Assembly: GCA_964493715.1 (NCBI GenBank)
Contig: CAZBPC010000011.1
Span: 880 to 64,879, forward strand
Source: an uncultured archaeon
GTDB lineage: Archaea; Asgardarchaeota; Lokiarchaeia; Sigyniarchaeales; SOKP01
Direction of reading: 5' to 3'
DNA: 64,000 nucleotides
The notes below the pieces were generated by a model. That model saw only the letters and a list, made by a program, of their open reading frames with translations, did no database searches and was not told where the DNA came from. The translations under genes were made by a program, and so were the position numbers. Positions within the stretch are counted from its first letter, which is position 1, and every line of letters begins with the position of its first letter. Below, piece after piece: positions 37,980 to 47,964 of the stretch.

Positions 37980-38007
37980 TCCCGAAGATGACAAAGATAA
38001 CTTATAA
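37963..38007 (+). pseudogene. displaced ancestral 3' end of smc (LELPDVPEDDKDNL, then stop)
   Basis: Reading in the frame that the repeat has in smc gives ctt gaa ctt cca gat gtt ccc gaa gat gac aaa gat aac tta taa. There is no upstream ORF or start codon. Confidence 0.6.
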
Positions 38008-38110
38008 CAACTTTCTTCACCTAAATTCATTCTCAATTATTTACAATATTTCAATATTACATTAGTTTAAATAGTCCCATATAGAAGGATCTAAAAGAGA
38101 TGGTTATATC

Positions 38111-38332
38111 ATGAAAAATATCAGTAAAAGCATTCTTCATTGTCCCCGATGTAAAGGGTTTAAGGTCTGGGAACTTGACTCAAACATTTATTGTCCACAA
38201 TGTGAACTTACATTTAATAAATCTGTTCTAAAATGCATGAGTGATGATCTCATCTTAGCTATCGAAGAATTGGAAGGCATTATCCATCCTTTTAAAGAAA
38301 AGGGATTTGATCTTAAACCACTTATGGGATAA
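38111..38332 (+). CDS. small zinc-ribbon protein
   Basis: CPRC...CPQC pair near the N-terminus. Confidence 0.45.
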   Translation: MKNISKSILHCPRCKGFKVWELDSNIYCPQCELTFNKSVLKCMSDDLILAIEELEGIIHPFKEKGFDLKPLMG

Positions 38333-38620
38333 TTATTATCATCACTTCTATCCTAATTTTTATTTGAATAAATATCATTTTAGAGAATTGAAGTAGAATT
38401 TAGTATCATAAAATTAGCAATCTTAACAACATTTACCATTTAATACATTAGAAAATTTAACATATTCATAATTTTGACCCAGAAGACGACGATGATTGGA
38501 TCCAAATTCAGTTAGATAATCAATAAATTTTTACACACTTGGTATTTTTTTTATTCGTTAATTAACTTAATTTTTAATAGGTAGCATGGTTAAATTTTAA
38601 GTATACAATTTAATTTTTAT

Positions 38621-39061
38621 GTGAGGAGCGTGCCCAGAATATTAGAATATTCCATCATTGGATTAGAAGATTATTTGATAAGTTTTGAATCGTTTTGCTC
38701 TCCATGTGACATTCAAAAATACTGTAAATTTGGAAAGGATAATCCCTTTACTCTTTCGATAAATTGTGGAGATTTAAACAGGGCAAAAGAAAAAATAAAA
38801 TTTGATCAACTTCAAAAGTTACAGAAGGTGGTAGATGTTTCAGTAACTTATGAAGAATTAATAAAAAAGGTAAAGATCAACTTGCAGAATATATTTAGTC
38901 AAATTTGGAAAGAAAAGATAAAAGCTCATACAGAAGAAATCCGCTGTTTAGATTCAAAAAAGGTCGATCCCATTTTAGTTAGTCAACAAGGGCAAGATTG
39001 GTGGCAAGATTTCAATGCCACGATAAAAGAAGTCAATAAAGAGTGTGAAAAAATAAGTTAA
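38621..39061 (+). CDS. hypothetical protein
   Basis: ORF with a GTG start. No motif recognised. Confidence 0.4.
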   Translation: MRSVPRILEYSIIGLEDYLISFESFCSPCDIQKYCKFGKDNPFTLSINCGDLNRAKEKIKFDQLQKLQKVVDVSVTYEELIKKVKINLQNIFSQIWKEKIKAHTEEIRCLDSKKVDPILVSQQGQDWWQDFNATIKEVNKECEKIS

Positions 39062-39167
39062 TTTCCTAATTAAAAAGATAAAGGAATGATTTTCTCCTTT
39101 TTCTCTTACCTTTTATATATTCTTATAGAAATAATGTAAAGAATAGCTTATCATATCTTGATCAACT

Positions 39168-39710
39168 ATGATTTACGACATTTTTGACTTTTTAATTAGC
39201 TATATTCCTTTAATTTTTATTTTTCTAAAATATACATTTGTAATAATCCTATTTATAATAGGTTCGTTGATCCTTCTAAGACTTCGGGGCATTTACCTTC
39301 ATCAAAGAATTAAAGATCCTGGAAATTCGAATAAAGGGTTAAACAACGTCAGGCTTGTATTAGGGTGTACCTATATAATTTTGGCTTTTGGGATTCTTTT
39401 TAATTATTTAACATACTTTTTAATTTGGATGTGTCAAGATTTTAATGGATTACTTTTGATCTTCTTAAATTATTTTGTATCAACATTACCAATTGAAACT
39501 TTTAAAAATTTACCCAATATAGAATATTACATCTATCCAATTGTTGCATTATGCTCTTTCTTTTCCATATTACAATATGTTATGAGTATGTTTTATTTGG
39601 TTAACAATAATCGGATTATTAGTAGTCCAAAAAAAACCGTTATTCTCTTAGCTTCCTCACTTTTTCAAATAATATTTTTTGGGTTCGCTTGTTTACCATA
39701 CTTGCTATAA
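39168..39710 (+). CDS. membrane protein (4-5 TM helices)
   Basis: Hydrophobic segments throughout. Confidence 0.5.
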   Translation: MIYDIFDFLISYIPLIFIFLKYTFVIILFIIGSLILLRLRGIYLHQRIKDPGNSNKGLNNVRLVLGCTYIILAFGILFNYLTYFLIWMCQDFNGLLLIFLNYFVSTLPIETFKNLPNIEYYIYPIVALCSFFSILQYVMSMFYLVNNNRIISSPKKTVILLASSLFQIIFFGFACLPYLL

Positions 39711-39794
39711 TTAAACTAAAAGGAGATATCTAAACGTAATAAATTTTAGAAAAACTTGACTATCTTAGAAATCAAAACCGATAAAAATAGGTAG

Positions 39795-39809
39795 CGAAAG
39801 ATTTATATA
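39795..39809 (+). promoter_or_regulatory. BRE/TATA-like element upstream of tfb
   Basis: cgaaag followed by tttatata, about 158 nt upstream of the tfb ATG. This would imply a long 5' leader. Confidence 0.3.
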
Positions 39810-39966
39810 ATTAAGTTGCATATAATATTGTTGTTTTCAAGGAAATTAGAAATTTCAGTCACTTTTAATTTTCAATTTTAGTAATACAAGTAGTACGGGG
39901 TTTAAAGAACTGTTAATAGAAGTTCATTATAAGTTCTTTTTAAGTAATTTTAAGAGGAAAATATAT

Positions 39967-40854
39967 ATGGAAAGTAAAGAAGAAGTTAAATCTTTTTCAA
40001 GTTCATGCCCAGAATGTGGAGGGAAGACAATCTCTATTCAAGAGAAGGGAGAAATAGTATGTGGTCAATGTGGATTAGTAATAAATGAAAGAATTTTAGA
40101 TACATCTCATAGTGGTAAACGAGCATTCACCAAACAAGAAAAAGAAAAAAGAGAGGGAACAGGATCACCTATTTCTATACTATTACCTGATATGGGTCTA
40201 AGCACAATTATTGATAAAACAAGTATAAAAAGTCCAGATCTTAAACGAGCCGCAAAGTGGAATTCCAGAATGACATGGGATAAACGAAATATGCTCATTG
40301 CTACAACAGAATTAAAAAGGATTGCAAGTAATTTAAATTTACCAGACCATGTGAAAAAAGCAGCTATTCGTTTATATATTAATGCTTTCAAAAAGAAATT
40401 ACTTAGAGGAAGATCAATTAATGGAATGGTTGCAGCTTGCCTATACTTTGCATGTAGAGAGCGCAAAATTCCAAGAACTCTTCAAGAAATTTTAGAAGAA
40501 AGTGCAATTAGTGCAAAAAATGTTCGTCGTTGTTATAGAACGTTAATAAGGGAATTAAATCTAAAGGTTCCTTCAACAGACCCCATTTCTCTAATACCTA
40601 GATATGTTGCCGAACTGGGATTAGACGTTGATATTGAAAAGATGACAATTAAGACATTACAATTATTTATCTCAAATAATTCTACAAGTGGTAAAGATCC
40701 CAAAGGATTGTGTGCTGGAGCTTTATATCTAGTGAGTAGGCAAAAAAATAAAAGAGTCTCTCAAAAGGATATTGCAAATATAGTTGGAATTACTGAGGTC
40801 ACTCTCCGCTCTAGGTATAAGGAACTTGTTAATAAATTAAATATAAAAAATTAA
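39967..40854 (+). CDS. tfb: transcription initiation factor IIB (TFB)
   Basis: N-terminal Zn ribbon CPECGG...CGQCG, a B-reader/linker, and two cyclin-fold repeats (GRSINGMVAACLYFACRE, GKDPKGLCAGALYLVS). Confidence 0.9.
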   Translation: MESKEEVKSFSSSCPECGGKTISIQEKGEIVCGQCGLVINERILDTSHSGKRAFTKQEKEKREGTGSPISILLPDMGLSTIIDKTSIKSPDLKRAAKWNSRMTWDKRNMLIATTELKRIASNLNLPDHVKKAAIRLYINAFKKKLLRGRSINGMVAACLYFACRERKIPRTLQEILEESAISAKNVRRCYRTLIRELNLKVPSTDPISLIPRYVAELGLDVDIEKMTIKTLQLFISNNSTSGKDPKGLCAGALYLVSRQKNKRVSQKDIANIVGITEVTLRSRYKELVNKLNIKN

Positions 40855-40868
40855 ATACTTTTTTTCTT

Positions 40869-41450
40869 TTATGTTTCTTTTTTAATATAGAGTTTTAAGA
40901 AATCGGGTAAAGTTAATACATAACTCTGTGCATTAGGGAGTTGATTTTTAATCTTAATAAATAACTGAGAATAATGTTCTGCACGCTCTTTCTGTTCTAA
41001 CACCTCATTTCTCGTTTGTTCCCGTATAGGTTCCACAGGAATACCTCTCAATACAGATCTTGCAGGTACAGTTAACCCAGGAGGGATTTGGCTTTTATTT
41101 AGGATGATAGTACCTTCACCTAAAGATGATTCTTCATAAATTATTGATCCTTCCATAACTTGTACATAATCCTCCATAAAACACCCTAAAACAGTTACTC
41201 CCGATTCAATAATGCAATATCGACCAATATGTATTGAACTTTTTCGAGATCTTGTAAATAACATAACCCCATCAAATATAGTTGTGTACTCACCAATATT
41301 AATTGGTGAATTTTCTGCTCGAATTATAGCGCCAGGCCAAATTATTACATTATCATTGATTTTAACATCTCCTATAAGTGTAGCCATAGGTGATACATAA
41401 CTATTTTCACTAATAGTCGGAGTTCTCCCATTATATTCCATTAACGGCAT
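40869..41450 (-). CDS. gamma-carbonic-anhydrase-like left-handed beta-helix (hexapeptide repeat) protein
   Basis: ISENSYVSPMATLIGDVKINDNVIIWPGAIIRAE...INIGEYTTIFDG is the typical LbH/gamma-CA family pattern. Confidence 0.8.
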   Translation of the reverse strand: MPLMEYNGRTPTISENSYVSPMATLIGDVKINDNVIIWPGAIIRAENSPINIGEYTTIFDGVMLFTRSRKSSIHIGRYCIIESGVTVLGCFMEDYVQVMEGSIIYEESSLGEGTIILNKSQIPPGLTVPARSVLRGIPVEPIREQTRNEVLEQKERAEHYSQLFIKIKNQLPNAQSYVLTLPDFLKLYIKKET

Positions 41451-41570
41451 TATGAATCTAATCTCAATATTATACTCTGATAAAATAATGATCGATTACA
41501 TCTATTTTAATTTAATTGCGTTTTTATGATATTTTTAATTTTCATATTAAAATCCCAAATTTTGAAGAAA

Positions 41571-42398
41571 TCAAGCAAAAAATTTTATGGGATTTTTTGA
41601 CTCAAATAATATAAACTCTGTTTGTGGAAACTCCAAACTGAAATAATTACCCATTTTTCTTAAAGCTATAATTTCACTGTTATAATGGGATGCTTCTATA
41701 AGAACTAATCCTAAATCTCTTGCTAGACTTGCTAGATGATGATCAATATTAAAAGAAATGTAACAATCACATCCTTTCCGTACTATTTTCCGAATCAAGT
41801 ATTCATTCCCATAACTTCCTCCTACAATGCAGATTCGATTTATTTCTTTATTTAATGCACCTGTATAAGGTATAGCGTTCATATTAAGATTTTCCTTCAT
41901 ACGTTTTAATAGGTTTTCTAAATTCATTTTATTATTATTACTAGGATATTTTTCAGGATAACAAATTCTACCTATAGGTATTTTTATTCCTGTATTATTT
42001 TTAATGTTTAATGGACGTTCTAACTTGAGATATAATGCTTCCATTATTGTATCAGAAATTCCTCCTTCTGCTGCGATAAATGGTGTATTTAATATGTAAA
42101 TTGAAATCGGATACCTTGAAAGTAATGATAATTTATTGATTAGATCAGTATTAAAATTCCTCGGTTGTTCTTGAAATAAACCATGATGCGATATTATTAA
42201 GTTCACTTTGCTCTTAATAGCAAAATGAATTGATTCTAAACTTAAATCAACAGTTATCATGATTTTCTTTATTATCTTTTCTCTACTTGACCTATTGTAG
42301 TGAAATCCATATATTTCTGAATCAATTTGATAAAATTTCGGTGAAATTTTGTTTTTTAATATTGTTTCAATTTCTTCAAGATACATATTATTCAACAT
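41571..42398 (-). CDS. Nif3-family dinuclear metal-centre protein
   Basis: LIISHHGLF and EASHYNSE motifs correspond to the HHP and GHY.(S/T)E signatures of NIF3. Confidence 0.75.
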   Translation of the reverse strand: MLNNMYLEEIETILKNKISPKFYQIDSEIYGFHYNRSSREKIIKKIMITVDLSLESIHFAIKSKVNLIISHHGLFQEQPRNFNTDLINKLSLLSRYPISIYILNTPFIAAEGGISDTIMEALYLKLERPLNIKNNTGIKIPIGRICYPEKYPSNNNKMNLENLLKRMKENLNMNAIPYTGALNKEINRICIVGGSYGNEYLIRKIVRKGCDCYISFNIDHHLASLARDLGLVLIEASHYNSEIIALRKMGNYFSLEFPQTEFILFESKNPIKFFA

Positions 42399-42520
42399 TA
42401 GAGTGAGGTATAAAATAGATCTGAATAAAATTAAAAAAGATATGACCGTGCGGAAGTTTATTAAAATATATATTATGTAGAAAATTTAATTAAATAATAA
42501 TCCGAAATTCTAAAAAAGTT

Positions 42521-42946
42521 GTGAATTTATTCTTGAATAATGAAAATTGCATATTTTGTCAGATTGTTAATAGATCTATTCCCTCCAATATCATTTATGA
42601 AGACGAGCTAAGTTTAGCTTTTCTCGATATATTTCCTGTCTCTAAAGGGCATACAATTGTCATTCCAAAAGATCATTATCAAAATGTCGAAGATATAACT
42701 GAAGATTCCTTAGCATATTTAATGATGATAACTAAAAATTTATCAATTCTTATCAAAAAAAAATTGAATGTTGAGGGTTATAATATTTTACAAAACAATT
42801 TCCCAGCTGCGGGACAAGCAATTAACCACTTTCATTTTCATATTATACCAAGGAGTACTGGTGATGCAATATTTAAAATGAGAATTCCCAAGACTCAAGC
42901 AAGTGAAGAATCGCTCAAAAAGGTGTTAAGTATATTAAAGGGATAA
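42521..42946 (+). CDS. HIT-family nucleotide hydrolase/transferase
   Basis: CIFC Zn-like motif and histidine triad HFHFHIIP. Confidence 0.9.
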   Translation: MNLFLNNENCIFCQIVNRSIPSNIIYEDELSLAFLDIFPVSKGHTIVIPKDHYQNVEDITEDSLAYLMMITKNLSILIKKKLNVEGYNILQNNFPAAGQAINHFHFHIIPRSTGDAIFKMRIPKTQASEESLKKVLSILKG

Positions 42947-43023
42947 ATTCTCATTCACCACCAAATATTAGTTTAGTTTTTAAACGTCATTATAAACTCT
43001 CAAATAAAGAAAGAAATAATATC

Positions 43024-43230
43024 ATGAGTAAATTCAAAAATATTTTCAATAAAATAAAACATAAAATAGTTGAGTTTATATCAGATGATTATGGAGGAAA
43101 CTTAGTAGAATATGCATTACTCCTCGGATTTGCACTATTTGTGTTCTTTATTATTATAGGTGTTATTACCTCCATCTTAAATTGGACATTAGGATTATCT
43201 AATGATTTTTTCAACATTATTGGAGGATAA
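43024..43230 (+). CDS. Flp/Fap-like small pilin (class III signal peptide)
   Basis: FISDDYGGNLVEYALLLGFALFVFFIIIGVI matches the Flp prepilin pattern: an acidic segment, then G, then xxxEY, then a hydrophobic helix. 68 aa. Confidence 0.55.
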   Translation: MSKFKNIFNKIKHKIVEFISDDYGGNLVEYALLLGFALFVFFIIIGVITSILNWTLGLSNDFFNIIGG

Positions 43231-43256
43231 ATTTAGTTTTTTTGGAATTTAAGCAA

Positions 43257-43637
43257 TTAAAATGATGGTGAATTTTTAATAACTAAGTTTTCCACAACTC
43301 TAATCCCAAATTTTTTCGACCATATATGAAGATTTTCCAAAGCAAAATTTTTATCTACTTCTAGATAATTTATAAAATCTTCAAATGGAATTCTGTCTCC
43401 TCCTTTAAATAAATCTATAATTTTAAGTTTAAGAACTTGGTCATCAGGAGGATATAATTGTCTTTTTTTTGCCCTTAGTTTTTCTAAAACCTCATCAAAT
43501 TTACCATAATCGAAGAAATGCTCGACAATTCTACTGATTACTGATGCAGGAGTATTTCCAAACACTCCTACTAATTCTTCCACTTGTTTCATACTAACTT
43601 TACTTAAAGTTACTGTTGTTCGAGCTGTATCAGTCAT
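43257..43637 (-). CDS. hypothetical protein, possible ribbon-helix-helix N-terminus
   Basis: TTVTLSKVSMKQVEELV resembles an RHH beta-strand plus helix. This is weak evidence. Confidence 0.4.
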   Translation of the reverse strand: MTDTARTTVTLSKVSMKQVEELVGVFGNTPASVISRIVEHFFDYGKFDEVLEKLRAKKRQLYPPDDQVLKLKIIDLFKGGDRIPFEDFINYLEVDKNFALENLHIWSKKFGIRVVENLVIKNSPSF

Positions 43638-43845
43638 TATAGAATCTAATCGAATTCTTCAATCTAAAATAATAATTTTTTTGTTATTAATAAATTTATG
43701 CTTAATGATGATAATAATGCATAAATAAACATCTTTATATATCTTTTGAGTTTATATTCTATTATAAAATCTATTTATGAAATTAGATTTATATTGTCGA
43801 AAAATTGTCGAATTTAAAATTAAGAAAATTGTGGAGGGATAAAAT

Positions 43846-44100
43846 ATGGCAAACAAGACTTTGATGGAAAAAAATAATGAAATGAATGAAATTTTGACTC
43901 CATTGCAAAGTAATCTAATAAAGATACTATACGAAAATGGACCTGCAACTCGAAAAGAATTAGTTAATCATTTAAGTATTCCCAGAACAACAATCTATGA
44001 TAATTTATTGAAATTACAAAAAAGACGATTATTGGAAAAATTTACAAGAACTTATGGATCTCGTGGAAGACCTTTAGTTTTTTGGAAAATTAGTGAATAA
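43846..44100 (+). CDS. small winged helix-turn-helix DNA-binding protein
   Basis: LIKILYENGPATRKELVNHLSIPRTTIYDNLLKLQKRRLLEKF....GRPLVFWKI. Confidence 0.65.
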   Translation: MANKTLMEKNNEMNEILTPLQSNLIKILYENGPATRKELVNHLSIPRTTIYDNLLKLQKRRLLEKFTRTYGSRGRPLVFWKISE

Positions 44101-44351
44101 TTATCAAAGAGGGTTTTTTTTTAATTTTTTATTTATATCAACAATATATACTCCTTTATTTCCACTGCAAAATCAAAACATTGAAGATAAAACTTTTTTT
44201 TAATTATAATAATATAAAATGGCCCCCATCAATGAATTAATTTATCATATATAAATTATTTTATTAAATCATAACTAGATTACCTGAATTTATTAAGATT
44301 TACTTAATATAAATGCAGTCGAAATAAAGGAGTCACTAATATTAAAAATTT

Positions 44352-46160
44352 TTATTCAGGGATATAATAATATTCATTGATACTTTTTTGATAAGTATCT
44401 TTATTACTATTCAGTTTATTTACACGTGGCCGTTTACTGATTGAATCTCTTCTGAATGTAATTTCCATAATTTTTAGAAATTGATTAAATCCCTCTCTTA
44501 AATTTTGTGGAGGTAAAGCTTTTCCTCTTAATCCTGGAGATCCTTTAAAAACCAAGATGGAATCAGCTATAAAATCTTGAGTTATAATATCATGTTCTAC
44601 TACAAACGCAGCTTTTTTCAATTCCTCAATAGATTTTCTTAAAAGTTGAGCAACATTCAATCTCATTTCAACATCTAAAAACGCTGATGGTTCGTCTAAT
44701 AGATATATATCAGCTTCTGTTGTAATACACTTTGCTATAGCAACCCTTTGTAATTCACCACCACTCAATTCAGAGATTTTTCGATTTTTAATATTTTCTA
44801 AACTTAGGCTATTTAGAACACGTTTCTTATAAGATTGACTAAGATGAGAGGAGAGTTTTATTTTCATAATTAACTCAGAAACTACATTTAAATCTTCTAT
44901 CTCGATATATTGGGGCTTGATTGACACTTTTAATTTTTTATTTTCAAAATCACGTTCATAAGTATAGGATTTAGCTTCATTTGCAATTAAATTAATAAAT
45001 GTCGATTTACCTATGCCATTTGGTCCTAAAATCCCTATAATTTCACCGGCATGAATTTCACTACCTGATACCTCTAATTCAAAATTTCCTAAAGAGGTTT
45101 TTAGATCACTATAAGTAAATATAATATCTCCAGAATCAAAAATAGACTTGATTGGAGGGCGCTCATGGAATTGAATTGGAGAATCTCTAATCCTCACGTT
45201 CTCATCCTTTATATATCCATTAAGATAGATGTTAATTCCAACTCTTACTCCTTGAGGATGTGAGATTATCCCATAAACTCCTGGTATTCCATAAAATAGA
45301 GAGATATAATCACTTAAATAATCTAAAATCGCTAAATCATGTTCTACAACAATAATTGTCTTTGCCTTATTAGTAAGTGATCGAATTAATTTTGCCATAT
45401 TAATTCTTTCACTTACATCAAGATATGAGCTTGGTTCATCTATTAAATACACATCGCCATCCTTAAGATAAGCTGCTGCTATTGTAACACGTTGCAGTTC
45501 TCCACCCGATAAAATAGAAACATCTCGATCCAAAATTTCACTTAAATTTAGGTGTTCAATCACATAGTCTAAATTTTCTCCAACGTCATTTTTTGTTAAT
45601 AGGTCAAATACTTTCCCTTTGACAAATTTCGGTATTGAGGTAATATTTTGTGGTTTTAGAATGATTTTATTTTTAGAGGATTTCATATCAATGAAATACT
45701 GCTGCAGCTCAGAACCTTTAAAAAAATTGATAATTTCATCCGGTTCAGGAGAATTATCACCAAAACGGCCTAAATTTATTTTTAATTCACCAGATAAGAT
45801 ATTAAGCATAGTACTCTTGCCAATCCCGTTTTGACCGATTAATCCGAGTACTTTCCCTTTTTTTGGTATCGCCATTCTAAAGAGAGAAAATTGATCAGGA
45901 CCATAACGATAGGTAATTTGATTACTTAAAGGATCTGGTAAATTAACAATATTAATTGCATTGAATGGACACTTTTTAATACATATTCCACATCCAGTGC
46001 ATAGATTTTCTGTAATTGTAACACTTTTGCCATCAGAATTTAATGTTATCGTTTTATCTCCTGTTCTTACTTTAGGACAATATTTGATGCAAGGTTTTTC
46101 TCCAAATGGACTACATTTAACCGGTTTACAACGTTCTTTATTAAGAACAGCAATCCTCAT
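44352..46160 (-). CDS. abce1: ABCE1 / RNase L inhibitor ribosome-recycling ATPase
   Basis: N-terminal 2x[4Fe-4S] domain (CKPVKC...CIKYCP, CTGCGICIKKCP). Two ABC cassettes (GQNGIGKST and GPNGIGKST; LSGGELQR appears twice). Confidence 0.92.
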   Translation of the reverse strand: MRIAVLNKERCKPVKCSPFGEKPCIKYCPKVRTGDKTITLNSDGKSVTITENLCTGCGICIKKCPFNAINIVNLPDPLSNQITYRYGPDQFSLFRMAIPKKGKVLGLIGQNGIGKSTMLNILSGELKINLGRFGDNSPEPDEIINFFKGSELQQYFIDMKSSKNKIILKPQNITSIPKFVKGKVFDLLTKNDVGENLDYVIEHLNLSEILDRDVSILSGGELQRVTIAAAYLKDGDVYLIDEPSSYLDVSERINMAKLIRSLTNKAKTIIVVEHDLAILDYLSDYISLFYGIPGVYGIISHPQGVRVGINIYLNGYIKDENVRIRDSPIQFHERPPIKSIFDSGDIIFTYSDLKTSLGNFELEVSGSEIHAGEIIGILGPNGIGKSTFINLIANEAKSYTYERDFENKKLKVSIKPQYIEIEDLNVVSELIMKIKLSSHLSQSYKKRVLNSLSLENIKNRKISELSGGELQRVAIAKCITTEADIYLLDEPSAFLDVEMRLNVAQLLRKSIEELKKAAFVVEHDIITQDFIADSILVFKGSPGLRGKALPPQNLREGFNQFLKIMEITFRRDSISKRPRVNKLNSNKDTYQKSINEYYYIPE

Positions 46161-46248
46161 AATTTTTCCACCACGATTTAAAATGCAAAATGATAAATAA
46201 TTTTTATCATTTACTCAGTTAAGAATATTGAGTAATAAGGGATAAACT

Positions 46249-47952
46249 GTGAGTAGAGAATTTTCAGTTCATTGGCTTGAAGATACAGTGGAAAAAATTA
46301 CGAGTAGGAATCCTCTAGAAATAACGTTATCTACAGGAAAAACACCATCAGGACACATTCATATAGGGATATTAAGAGAAATAATTATTTGTGATGCATT
46401 ACGTAGAATTTTTAATAATAGGGGTAAAAAAGTTAATTTTTATCTTTTTTTAGATGATTTTGATGCAGCAAAAAGATTTCCCGATTATATTGATGTTGAG
46501 TTCCAAAATGAACATATAGGAAAACCTTTTGCACTAATCCCTTGTCCATTTAAGGATTGCGGATGCGAAAGTTACGCAAGACATTTTGGTAATGAATTAA
46601 TTTCTACATTCAAGGATTATGGAATCAAAAATGAGATTATATGGGCTTTTACCCTTTATAAGGAAAGTAGAATGCAAGAAAAAATTAAAATTGCCCTAGA
46701 AAATTCAGAGAAGATAAAAAAAATTTTAAAAAAATATATATTACCAACTTTGGATGGTGAAAAGAAAGAAAGATTCATAGAGATGCAAAAATCTTGGATG
46801 CCTGTAATGGTTTTATGTGAAGAATGTGATAGAATTCAAAAAAAAGGAGAAGATGGGTCTATTAAACCAAACAGGGTTATTTCTTATTCCAAGGATGGTA
46901 ATGAAGTGCTCTATAATTGCCCAGCTTGTGGTTATCAAGGAAAAATTTCTATTTATAGTGGTCGGTTGAAATTGAATTGGCGGGTAGATTGGCCAGCTAA
47001 ATGGTCTTTATTCAAAACCTCTTGTGAGCCCGCGGGAAAAGATCATTGTGTCAAGGGAGGATCTTACGATACAGGTTTGGAAATATGTCACCGAATATAT
47101 AATTATCAAGGACCAGTAAAACTGTCTTATGAATGGTTAAGATTAGGAAATCAGGATATGAAGACTTCTAAAGGGATTGTTTTTACTCCAAAGCGATTTC
47201 ATGAACTAGCAGACACAGAAATTTATAGAATGCTCATATTACGTACAAATCCAATGAAACACATTTCATTAAGAATTGAAGAACTCTCGCAATACTATAA
47301 TTATTATGAAAAGATGGAGAATATTTACTATAACATCGAAGAAGCAGAATCGACAGAAGAAAAAGATTTTCTAACGTATTTATATCCTTTAACCAAAATA
47401 GAAAATGTCCCTGAGACTAAACCCATAAGGATTCCATTTAATAATATGATCTTCTTATCCCAAGTACAAAATCTCTTAAGTAAAGAAAATCTTTATAAAA
47501 AAGCCCTTTCTTGGGTGGACAAAGAAGAAAAAGAAATAACATTTGAAGAATTTGATAATATACTAACTCGAACTACAAATTGGATATCGGAAGTTCAAGC
47601 CTTTATAAATAATATCGAATCTGAAAAGGAAAAAAAGTTTCTTTTGAATAAAATTGGTATTTTTTCAATTCCAGTCGAGATTAACAAATCAATTATTAAT
47701 AGATTAAATCAGAATCAAATTTCGGGTCTTAAATTATTTAGGGATTTCATTCTAAAAGATGAAAATATGAATCCTGAAAAGATTCAAAATGAAATATTTA
47801 TTATTGCGAAGCAAAGTTTAAAAATGAATCCAAAAGGATTATTTGAGGCATTATATTTAGTCTTATTAGGTAAAAATTCAGGTCCAAGACTCGGATCATT
47901 TATAGCTCTCTTAGATAAAGAGTGGTTGCAACGAAGATTAAATTTTCTATAA
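46249..47952 (+). CDS. lysK: lysine--tRNA ligase, class I
   Basis: PSGHIHIGILRE (HIGH-like), MKTSKG (KMSKS-like), and an internal Cys cluster. GTG start. Confidence 0.9.
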   Translation: MSREFSVHWLEDTVEKITSRNPLEITLSTGKTPSGHIHIGILREIIICDALRRIFNNRGKKVNFYLFLDDFDAAKRFPDYIDVEFQNEHIGKPFALIPCPFKDCGCESYARHFGNELISTFKDYGIKNEIIWAFTLYKESRMQEKIKIALENSEKIKKILKKYILPTLDGEKKERFIEMQKSWMPVMVLCEECDRIQKKGEDGSIKPNRVISYSKDGNEVLYNCPACGYQGKISIYSGRLKLNWRVDWPAKWSLFKTSCEPAGKDHCVKGGSYDTGLEICHRIYNYQGPVKLSYEWLRLGNQDMKTSKGIVFTPKRFHELADTEIYRMLILRTNPMKHISLRIEELSQYYNYYEKMENIYYNIEEAESTEEKDFLTYLYPLTKIENVPETKPIRIPFNNMIFLSQVQNLLSKENLYKKALSWVDKEEKEITFEEFDNILTRTTNWISEVQAFINNIESEKEKKFLLNKIGIFSIPVEINKSIINRLNQNQISGLKLFRDFILKDENMNPEKIQNEIFIIAKQSLKMNPKGLFEALYLVLLGKNSGPRLGSFIALLDKEWLQRRLNFL

Positions 47953-47964
47953 TAATCTCTATAA

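Noticed and set aside
38470-38530. A short open frame reading ...NFDPEDDDDWIQIQLDNQ-stop, considered as another displaced gene tail like the smc remnant.
   Set aside because: No matching direct repeat or parent gene was found in the window. It begins right after a stop codon and is too short to evaluate.
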